Below are positions 12,801 to 24,800 of a DNA stretch of 64,000 nucleotides, one piece after another. A program made the translations under genes and the position numbers. Under the pieces are notes generated by a model, which saw nothing but the letters and a program-made list of their open reading frames with translations, was not told the DNA's origin and searched no databases. Numbering within the stretch: position 1 is the first letter of the stretch; each line of letters begins with the position of its first letter. Origin of the DNA: Owenia fusiformis (lineage: Eukaryota); the NCBI GenBank assembly GCA_903813345.2, contig CAIIXF020000001.1:36766001-36830000 (forward strand), written 5' to 3'.

Positions 12801-15800
12801 ATTCACGATGTGTTAAAAATTGATGAAGTAATAATGGATTCAAAAAGCAAAAATGGGTGAAAAATGTTTAAATTCTCCCAAAATAATAAGAATGGTAACC
12901 ATTCTTATGGAAAAATAATACATTATTGTAGAAATCTTTAGTTTTCCTGAAATAAAGGGTGCACTTTTGGGGATTATTAGCAAATAGACATGAAAAGGAA
13001 ATATTCAAAAAGGTCCATGTGCAGTATGGCAAGTGATTTTAGACGGTCATATATTTCACCATGAGTACTTTCTGGGCATAAATACAGTGGTTTTTATTTA
13101 AAAAAAATATGTTTTCTTTCAAGTGAAGTCCCCATGAAAATTATAAATTGGGACCCAATGTCAACAATTTTTTCTAAATGTTTAGAGCCAACCAAGGTTA
13201 TACTTGAAATGTAGTGTTAATTGCCGAATTACAATGCGCCAAGATTTTGAACATGTGAAAATCCTTAAGCCCTCTTAAAATCCATCTTAATTGTTTTTTA
13301 CATCTTAGTTCTACAAAACCATACATATCTTCAAAGAGGGACAAATGTAAACAATATATGGCTCACCAAAGGTCTTACCTGAAATTCGTAAATTCAGACC
13401 GGATATTATACAATTTTTCAAATTTTGAACTTCTTGAAATCCTTAAAGTCCTTAACATTCTTAAAATTCATCTAAATTATATTTTACATTTTAATTCGTT
13501 ACTATAAAAGCAGAAATATCATTAAAGAGGGACAGATATAAAAACATAAGGGTCATCCAAGGTCATACCTGAAATTCGTAAATTCAGACCTGATATTGTA
13601 CAATTCTTTAAATTTTGGACTCATTTAAAATTCTTAAACTTTCTTCAAATCCATCTTAATTATTTTTACTAATTAGTTTCACATTACAAAACCATAAATA
13701 TCATCAAAGAGGGGCAGATGTGAAAAATATATGGCTCACCAAAGGTCTTACCTGAAATTCGTAAATTCAGACCTGATATTGTACAATTCTTCAAATTTTG
13801 AACTTGTTAAAATCCTTAAACCTTCTTAAAAACCATCTAAATTATTTTGTACATCTTAGTTCCACACTACAAAGCCATTAATATCATCAAAGGGGGACAG
13901 ATGTAAAAAATCTAAGGCTCATCCAAGGTCTTACCTAAAATTTGTAAATTCAGACCTGATATTGTACAATTCTTTGAATTTTGAACTTTTTTATACATTA
14001 AACTTCCTTAAAACCCATTTTAATTATTTTTTACATCTTAGTTCCATACTTCAAAACCATATTTATCATCAAAGAGGGATAGATCTGGAAACCATAGGCA
14101 TCAGCTATAGTCATACACAAAATCACCCCTCTCAAAAATTTTTCAAAAAATCAACAATTTTTTTCTCGGCTCTTACTGATTCAATTAGTTTGAACCTTTC
14201 AGGGCTTATAGCCCTGCTACTGGGCACTTCACATGAAATTTTTCAATGTCTTCCAGTGTCTGATTGAAAAGTGAGGCTCTAAATAGTAAGAAAATGGGTC
14301 ACGAATTTGCCCCCTGGGGTACATACTTTGTACTATTTTTCAAATTCTGGAGGAGTAATTGGCATTATTTATTTTGCAAATGATTCATATATATAATGTC
14401 TATGTATGTAACTTAAAAACATCAAGATATCTAAAATTATTGAAGATGAAAAAATTATTTTCCGGGGCAGGGTGTTTTTGGGGGGTGGGGGGCTAACCCC
14501 CGAAAAAAAAGAATTATGTACCACTCTGTGAAGCTATCACCTAGGTAGAATTTTCATCCAAGACTTCCCTCTAACTGAAAATGCTGCCAAACCAACTATA
14601 CTCCATTTATTAAGAATTTTCCTCCTCGCTCTTAGAGTATATTCAAGATTGACCAATTGTGATATTATAGATATATACAGTATAACTCCAAAGAATAGTT
14701 AATCAGTTTCACATTCATAATTGGAAACGAATTAAGATATCATTGAAAAAATATCCATTTAGGTACTAATGACATTTAATGTTTTTCTAATGTTATCATA
14801 TCAACTCATAGTTCTCCCATATATCTCACATCATCCAAAATATACCCATCTAGAATCGTAGAACATCCTTTACATACTGAATTGCTATTAATGGCTAATT
14901 TTGGGATTATTGGGGGGGGGGGGGCGGTTGTTATAATGTCTACCTTGCCAAGGCCCTTTTGATGAAATATCAATAAGATAAATCTCACAAAAGTGTATTT
15001 AGATCATTCCATGTTTGCTTATAATAGACATCTGGAATCAGTTTGTATTTGGATGTGATGAATAATCCAAAAATAAACTATTTAACCTTTTGACATATTA
15101 AACAATGTTTTTATTGACACCTGTCCATGGCAATTTATTTTATTATGAAAGATTTGCATTTTGATAAAATTGAAAATTTACCAGAACCTTTTATTACAAA
15201 TACATCAGGTGATTTCGTGAATAAAGTGTCATAAGGCAGAATATAGCATAGGGATAGCATATTGAGGCAATATATTGAAAGGCTCTGGAAATTGAATAAA
15301 GTAGAAATAATTTGTTTATTTTCATAGATGGCAGTTTTGCTTGCTTCATTCCATTATTGTATAATTTTTATGTTATTTTATATAGCATACATGTACTTTG
15401 TACAGATATACGAGTATATTCCCATATGATACCCATATATTAGAGCCCTTATACATGCAGTATTGTCCCTTCTATTGGCACTGTGAAAGATCCAAGTTTT
15501 TCGTCAAAAACTATCGACATGTACTTAATACATGATTCAGTTGACTTGGATAAAGCTCAGAAGTAAAAGTTCTGAATTAATCAGTCAGAGCCAATACTCT
15601 CTGTCTACCTTATATTGAAGTTCAGATGACTTGATGTTCAGATAACAGGATTGAGATGACTTGATGTTCAGATGACAGGATTGAGATGACTTGATGTTAA
15701 GATGACAGGATTGAGATGACTTGATGTTCAGATGACAGGATTGAGATGACTTGATGTTCAGATGACAGGATTGAGATGACTTGATGTTCAGATGACAGGA

Positions 15801-18800
15801 TTGAGATGACTTGATGTTCAAATGACAGGATTGAGATGACTTGATGTTCAAATAACAGTATTGAGATAACTTGATGTTCAGATGACAGGATTGTGATAAC
15901 TTGATGTTCAGATGACAGGATTGAGATAACTTGATGTTCAGATGACAGGGTTGAGATGATTTGATGTTCAGATGACAGGATTGAGATGTCTTGTTTGTTA
16001 GAACACTTGTGTTGACTTAAAATTGGTTGATTTGGTTTAGGGTTGAGCTTTGATAAAGTTGAATTTGCATTTGTTAAAACTCACTTTGAGTTCAGTTAGC
16101 ACTACACTCTGTTAAGCATGATAAAAGGCAAGAAGTTTAGTTAGAAATAAAAGAGTTATCTCATGAATGGGACCCTTACATGGCTCCTAAAAGGTAGAAG
16201 ACACTAAATGGTGTAACACTATAAGCTGAATTTTGTCCACATAGAGCATGTGCACAATACTAAAGACATGTAAAATTGAACTGTCAAAATAATAGAAATT
16301 ACTCACCAGCTCGCCTCTACCGGAAGTTATGATAGGTTATGGTGTAACTACGGTAATTAATTTTAAAATATTGAAAAAATCAACAACATTCAATTTCTAG
16401 GGTGTACAACCATTTTCGAGCGAATTTGCCGATATAATAACAATATTTTTGAGTTCCCCTAGGCTATATATAAACTTCATCAATACACAGTATATTCAAC
16501 ATAGGTTTTGCTTCTCGATTTTTAAATATCACTATGTAAAGACAGGGACTCATTTTAGGTAAAATCATTGCTTCACCAATGAAAATTAAAGGGAACGTTA
16601 GCTCACAAAATAAATAAATCCGTTACAATGTTAAGTATATGATTTGAAAGATTGGCTGGATTATATGTGTGATCGATTGATGCATAAACAAACATATTCA
16701 TTTCAACTTGCAGACCTCCATTCTGGCTCATGTATAGGCCTAAGACGCCATATTGCCTTATGTATTGTACTGCCCATGCGTGCATACTTAATGTGTGACA
16801 TCACATCGACAGAGATCAGCGATCAAATTTGACTAAAAAATTAAAAGATCCACACTTAACAGCACAAAAATGATATCAATGATCGCCTATTTCATATCAA
16901 ATAAGTGTAGGATATAAGGTTTAACATTTTTCATGTTATTTAGTATTTACAGAAGCAGAGCTTGTAAAGAAACAAAGTTTTAAATTCCGATTTTGACTGT
17001 TGACAAAAATAAAGAAAAGAGAGAAAGAGGCGACTTGTTAGAAACAATGACATGAAATTGTGAATAAAAAATATATTATTGTGGGTTTTATTTTTTGAGA
17101 GTTCATCAAATACACTCATGTGTATTAATTTTAATATGTATTGTAATACCTCTCAGTTCTACCAAGGATTATAAAAACTGATCGAAATGGCTTCGTTTTT
17201 AAAGTATAAAAAACACTACCCTACCCGGAAGTAGTATAACATGTATATTGAAACCATGTGTAAACTGTAAATCACGTGAATTGGCTGATGCAATCAGGAT
17301 GTGACTAGTACAAAGTAACTATGATGCAATCAGGATATGACTTGTGCAAAATAATTGGCTTCACCTAGAATTCGCGATCTTTGCTCTTTAGCATAACATG
17401 AAAACATGTTTTATGTTTAAGGTACAGCTGGAAAGTAACATTTTGGTAAAAAATTGCTATACCTGCACATGTTATTTTCTGGTACAAAATAAAGTATGAA
17501 GGCATGTATCAATTTCCTTGCTTTTTTCAGGAAAGTATCATTACATTGTCTTCTTTTAGAATATCTGGTAGGCGTTCAAAGGGAACTCCAGGGAATTCTG
17601 ATATTTCACACTTCCTGTTTTTCCAAATTTTCTTTCAAAGTTTCCAGACAACACAGGAGCTACCATTGACCTGTTTCCAGGTTTACTAAAAGTAGACAGT
17701 GTAATGATACTTTCCTGAAAAAAGCAAGGAAATACACACATGCCTTCATACTTAATTATGTACCAGAAAATAACATGTGCAGGTATAGCAATTTTTTCCA
17801 AAATGTTACTTTCCAGCTGAACCTTAAGTAGCTAGATTCAAATACAAACTAAATGAATATAACATAAACCAACCATCATTTGTTCCAATCATGGCGAATT
17901 TTCAAGGAAATACGTGTAACTGAATGTAAATCAACAGCGGAGCTCTTCAATTATGAGGTGAGAAAAATGTAAAAATAAAAACAAAAATAAATCTCACAGA
18001 ATAGAGCTATTTATACGATTCTAAGTACATTTTAAGTGCTCCATACATTAATGTAAGTATAAAAGCCATTAACCTCAACTGGGAAGCACTTTCCAACTAT
18101 TTTTACGGCTTGAATTGTAAGAAAATGGCACTTATCTCAAAAAATGGAAATTTGAAAGAAGCTCAATTTATTGTGAAGATGAAGTTTATATATATCTGTA
18201 TATGGGGGTGCGAATATATAGTCATAGTATGGGCTAATTCGCTTAAAAATGGCGATATATACCTCAGAACTTGTATTTTGTGATTTTTTCAATATTTTAA
18301 AATTAATCACCGTAGTTACACCATAACGTATCATAACTTCCGGAAGAGGCGAGCTGGTGAGTATATTTCAGTTCTTTTGACAGTTCAATTTTACATGTCT
18401 TTAGTATTGTGCACATGCTCTATGTGGACAAAATTCAGCTTATAGTGTCACACCATTTAGTGTCTTCTACCTTTTAGGAGCCATGTAAGGGTCCAATTCA
18501 TGAGATAACTCTTTTATTTCTAACTAAACTTCTTGCCTTTTATCATGCTTAACAGAGTGTAGTTGAGTTGACATGGGACTGTATTAACTTGGCATTGAAC
18601 TAGTTTTGTTTTTTATAATATTTGATTTGATAATAGATTTAGGTTTTAGGTCAAATTAACATTTGATTTGATGATGGACTTGGACAGAGTTGTGTTGCAG
18701 TTATATAGTTTCAGATCAAATTAACATTTGATTTGATGATGGACTTGGGGCTGAGTTGTGTTGCAGTTATATAGTATTAGGTCAAAGTAACATTTGATTT

Positions 18801-21800
18801 GATATTGGACTTGGACTGAGTTGTGTTGCAGTTATATAATTTTAGGTCAAATTAACATTTGATTTGATATTGGACTTGGACTGAGTTGTGTTGCAGTTAT
18901 ATAATTTTAGGTCAAATTAACATTTGATTTGATATTGGACTTGGACTGAGTTATGTTGCAGTTATATAGTTTTAGGTCAAATAAACATTTGATTTGATAT
19001 CGGACTTTGGACTGAGTTGTGTTGCAGTTATATAGTTTTAGGTTAAATAAACATTTGATTTGATATCGGACTTGGACTGAGTTGTGTTGCAGTTATATAG
19101 TTTTAGGTCAAATTAACATTTGATTTGATATTGGACTTGGACTGAGTTGTGTTGCAGTTATATAGTTTTAGGTCAAATTAACATTTGATTTGATATCGGA
19201 CTTGGACTGAGTTGTGTTGCAGTTATATAGTTTTAGGTCAAATTAACATTTGATTTGATATCGGACTAGGACTGAGTTGTGTTGCAGTTATATAGTTTTA
19301 GGTTAAATAAACATTTGATTTGATATCGGACTTGGACTGAGTTATGTTGCAGTTATATAGTTTTAGGTCAAATTAACATTTGATTTGATATCGGGCTTGG
19401 ACTGAGTTGTGTTGCAGTTATATAGTTTTAGGTCAAATTAACATTTAATTTGATATCGGACTTGGACTGAGTTGTGTTGCAGTTATATAGTTTTAGGTCA
19501 AATTAACATTTGATTTGATATCGGACTTGGACTGAGTTGTGTTGCAGTTATATAGTTTTAGGTTAAAGCGGCTCTAAGGTCTGTGGAGAGAAAAATGGAG
19601 AAATTTTACCTTTTCTGAGCTATCGGGGTGAAGTTTGGTCCAACATCTTCTTCCTTATTCCTATTTTATAAAAATGTATGCATATGGCAATATTCATCAA
19701 CCAGTAGAACTGGCAAATCGTTTAGAATCTACAATTCCATACAAGGAGTCCCACTCATAGATTTTTCAAATTCTTTCCAAGTCGACATCGAAACACCTAG
19801 CCGGTGAAATTGAAACTAATTTTTCTGGCTGCTTGAATCGATAAAATCTCTGATAGTGTGAGTCTTTTTGTGAAATCTTTCTGATAGAAAACACTTAATT
19901 AATATTAGAAAGTATAAAATGTTGAATCCGAAGCGTAATCTGAATTAAAAGTGAAAAAACATTGCGCGGACGTCAGAGAACAAACTTCCGGTTTAATAAA
20001 AAATGGCGGACGTCGAAGGAGAAATTATGACGAAGAATTAGAGGATTTTCCTTTGCCATTATCGATCGTTATAAGGTATGTGCACAAATTCTAGTTGCAT
20101 ACATGGAAAATAGATACATTTTTAAAGGCAACAACATATTCAAAGCTTTCATTTTACGATAGGCCCAGGATCATTGGATACGACTCGGCAATCGATATTC
20201 CCACTTAAAATAAACATTTGATTTGATGATGGACTTGGGGCTGAGTTGTCTTGGAGGTGAACTAGTTTGAACTATCTTATCTGAAAATATTTACAAATAA
20301 GAACAGCTGACAAGAGAATATACTGTTCTTTTGGTCTATTAGACCTTGTGAAATGATTTTGAATGGATTTAAAACTTTATTTTTTGAATTACGGAATGTT
20401 ATAAAAACTGTTTTGCAGCCCATAATATCAATTATTTGATCTTATGATTTTGGATGAAATAATACAGACTTCTAATTTTATGAAATGGTTGTACTGTATA
20501 AATGTCTTTGTAATAGATACAGAAGAACTCCATGTTTTACCATATGTAGTTATATCTCCAATTTTTTACATCCTGCATATATACAATATAAATGTTTATG
20601 ATGTACAGTGTATGTAGTCTCAGAGTCCTAATTATCATAATGTCACACCTCCAATGGTTATACTTGCAAAAGAACTCAATGTAAAATTTGTGTAGCATAG
20701 TCATGCATTATCCTTTGGGAGATGTGCTGGTTTGATAATTGTGCCTCTGTTCCGCTTAGTTTAAGATTCTATCATTCTTTATCTTCTTGTCTTGTCTATT
20801 GTGAAAGCACTTTTATTGTAATATTATGATATTGTATATGATGCAGTACAGATATATAGACTACACAGAAGGCAAGATATTGTTGGAATTATGATTATTA
20901 GTGAAACAACATCAGAGAGATTCCACAAGCTTACATATAGCTCACATCTAACTTCTAAGTTGCTCATAAAGACCATCGAAATATAATTGGTTTTCACGCA
21001 CATAATTTATAGCTGAAAACATGAGCATGAATTTTAATTTTGATAAATGGCAAGGAGCAAGGACCAATGGTATAAATTACCAGCATTTTATCTATAGATT
21101 GTATATTTCTTTTGTCTGAAAATTTCTGACCTGACAGACGGATGGACTGACCCGTGGGGGATTCCATTGGCTTACTGGGATCCATTAATGATCCTCATCT
21201 CTCAATTATATTACGATAATCTTTATATGGAGCTTCATATAAGTTTTAAGTGAGTGTTAATTTGGCTTGTGAAGTCTTTATTTGTTTACAGTGATGTCTA
21301 ATAAAAAGCCCTTTGATCTTTGTAGATGAAAAACCAGGTGCATATGATATTATAAAAAGTAAGACTCACATATAATAGCAAAAATTAGAGCAAAACTATT
21401 TTGGCTACGTATATCGCCATGCTTCTGTTAAAACATTTTCCTTTAGCCTCTTTATCACAATCTTAATCAGTTCAATCATTTAAAATGATTTTCCTGTCAA
21501 TTTCTGTGGAGTCTTTATATCCAGTCATGATTTTCTATTAGTGAAAGTGTTTTAACAGATAGACTCGTGCATGACACCTTTTGTTGTTATTATTTACATG
21601 TATGTTGTTTATATATTGGTTTTGAATATTTATGTCACATATACAACATGCAGTATATACTGTATACAATAAGTATATATTGTATACATTACAATGTATA
21701 AACAATATGTACACACCTGAAGTACAATTTCATTTTTATTAAATAAGTTATTTCACTTAATATCACAAATTAAAATTGTAGTCTCAAAAATGCTTAGCTC

Positions 21801-24800
21801 ACACCATTCTGCTTTCTAGGTCTAGAGTAGGATTTTTACTAATAATCTATTTTACATATGAAAATGAATAAGCACATTTTACACTAAATGTTGTAGTAAT
21901 TTGACTTAGAGAGTTACACGATTTATGAAAAGGTACAGTGATAAGCATCTTCTAATCCCCTCATTTATATTTTCTCATAATTTTTTACATCACCAACAAG
22001 AACTTGTGGCACATTACTAAGCCACCGTTTTGGTTTCTGTGCCATATGGTAAAATTGCTGTCATGCAACTAGTTGGTGACATTTTATCATTTTAATGGCT
22101 TGTTTAAAAAGTAGTTAACTGTGATAGGCAGGTTCTTATATTTAACAACCAACAAGAAATATTGGCCTAGTTTCTTTAACATTGATCCTTCAATTATATA
22201 GAAATGGTGTAAATTCTAATTATAGGCTTGAAGGTCATTGGTGGAAAGCCCACAGAGAATGGACAACTAGGGGCCTTCATTACAAAGGTTAAAAAGGGAA
22301 GCATTGCTGATTCAGTTGGACATCTTAGACCAGGTATGTAAAAAAGGTATATTTGATAATCTCTGACAAACAGCTCGATGATACATAAACAAAGTTATTG
22401 TTGGTCTATGTGGCCCTAAATATGCAACCAAATAATTCTATTAACTTTCTTAATAGACTAGATGGGAGTAGAAATAATCTTGATTTACATCATTAAATAT
22501 TCAAAATTTAGTCAAAGTGATATCATATTTGAAGTCTGCATGTAAAGTTACATCTAGAAATGTGGTTCAAAAAATTATTTGTCAGCTTTGAAAATTGAAT
22601 TTTCTTGAAAGTGTCCGTGTCTTTAAGGATATGCTTTAGTGCAAAAATCTATGAGCTTTCGAGAGAATGTGCCCAGATTATTAAGTCAACTTGCTACTGT
22701 TTTACAGGTGATGAGGTTCTTGAATGGAACGGAAGATCACTACAGGGTGCATCATTTGAGGAGGTCTACGACATTATTCTTGAATCCAAACAGGAGCCAC
22801 AGGTGGAACTGATTGTACAACGAGATATTGGGTATGTTATGGGGCAAGTGTTTCACGGTATTCTAAATGTATGCAGTGGGATATAGGATATGTTATGGGG
22901 CATTTCAATTGTTTCACACTACTTTGTATATGTATTCTAACTGGGTGTTATGTTATTAGTGGGTGCAATGGGATATAGGGTACGTTATATGTATTCTAAA
23001 TCAGTGGGTCGACTAAAACATTGTTTTGTTAACTAATACCTGTTTGTTCGATTATTTATGTGAGTTCCTATGTTTTCAGGAAAGATTTGCAGCCTGGTAT
23101 GACTGATCACCCAGATAACAACAGAGGTGGGTGAAACCTTAATATGGGGAGAATTTAAGATATATTCATAAGTGGGTTCAAATATGGATTTTATTTACTA
23201 AAAAAGTATGTTTTGTGATTTTTAGAATAAAAGTATCGTTAATCCCATCATGGAATAAGAATATATATAATAGTATAAATTCCATGAAAAAGGAATTGTG
23301 GAATTTTAAAAGCTGCTCAGTGTGTATGGAGAAATATTTATATCATGATTTACGCAGTTAAATTTTGTGTTCAATAAGACTTAACTCCAAGGGGGAGATT
23401 TTGCATATCTTCCCACATATTACATTTTCAAATAATTGTAAGGTACAAATATCACTTTCCAGTTTTATTTTGGATGTTGCTTAAAATGAATATTCTCTTG
23501 GGAAAATGTCAGACAAAACTCATGGTGTACCTTATTTTTCATCAATGAGGATGATTTCAAGAAATAATTTGCCAGAAAATGTCCACTTGCATTTCAATCT
23601 TATCACATCATTGTTAACATCTGTTATAAATATTGTACATGTTGTAGCTGAATGAATTTATTATATGTTGTACACTAAATGTTACTTAGGTTGGGGTTAG
23701 GTGACCACCCATGGAGTAAGTAATGGTGTATGATAAGTAACAATGAATGAATCCCCCAATGCATTGCTAACTTAGTCAGCATACTTATTCACAGCTATAT
23801 TAACGCATAGTTAATACTGAGACAAGTTTAACTTTAATAATTAATTTAATTGCTTCATTATTAATACAATATTCCTAATATACGTTTGGGTTCATGTTTT
23901 TAGAAAACAGTTCTTTCAAATCAGAAACAAATTGCAGTGCCTGTTGTACCTGGAAAATCCAAAATTCAAATGTGCATGCATGAACTACTACAGTGCGTCA
24001 TTATTGGATGAAAAAGCATGTTACTAACTTTCCAAGTTTCTGAATATTTCCAATTTTCAGATGTTATAGATAACTTTTCTGATAAAAGTAGTCCCATTAC
24101 CTTTGAAATAAAATGGCATTAAATGTACTTTGAAAATGAGTAGCATAACTTTCAACATTATACAGCATACTTACAATTACAATTTTGACAAAAAAGTCAA
24201 ATATAACTTTTTTTAACAAAATGGGCCATTCTTTTTTAATTACTTATAAATGAAATGAAATGCCACTGGAAAGTTTACTTCACATACCTACATTTTATTG
24301 TAGTTTCATTAACTCCTGTTTTGAGTATCGGTATTTAATAACATCATTCTTTGATAACCCCTAGTCAGTCTGGAGCAGGCCTATGAGAAATAGCCTAATT
24401 TGAAGAAAACAGTACGCCTAATTGGGCATGACTCCTTGGGACTTTGCTCTGGACTTTAGTTAAGTTAGTTTCTGGTGTTTTAGTTAACTCTTGTGTGATG
24501 TTTTGTGGCTATCTAACCACTGGTCTGCTGACCACCCATTATTTTTCTTAGTACCCATTTATTTTTCTTTCTAATAAGTAATTTGGTACCATGTTTCTAC
24601 GTAAATCCATATTCTTGTTTGTGTGTGTGTTTGTTTATTAATCAATGGTGAGAGGTATTACTTTATCTGGGATTTATTTAGTGTCATTAAGTTTCAGTTA
24701 ACACCTGATTCTCCATTTTTCTTAATTTAAAACTCGTTTTACTTCATCAGAACCTTGTTTTCTATGATTTCCAATTTTATTAAAGTTTGTTTATCTCAAA

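Larger units (their letters stand above)
8950..14637. mobile_element. Foldback-type DNA transposon with very long TIRs containing ~185-bp tandem arrays
   Basis: TA|CTCTAAGAGCGAGGAGG...CCTCCTCGCTCTTAGAG|TA; about 550 bp of near-identical unique outer arm, then inverted arrays; no transposase ORF. Confidence 0.9.

Noticed and set aside
9361..14267. Short ORFs in the foldback element as a transposase
   Set aside because: All are about 100 aa or less, derived from TIR or satellite sequence, with no DDE motifs
15585..15851. ORF of NIKSSQSCHL repeats
   Set aside because: By-product of a stop-free 30-bp minisatellite, antisense within an intron
18640..19566. CRISPR-like regular array (also the 30-, 48- and 74-bp arrays)
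   Set aside because: Head-to-tail units with no unique spacers, no cas genes, and a eukaryotic intron context
21326..21337. 12-nt micro-exon (DEKP) in the PDZ intron
   Set aside because: Phase-compatible, but the GTGCAT donor is weak and it would break the TLGL carboxylate-binding loop; expected by chance
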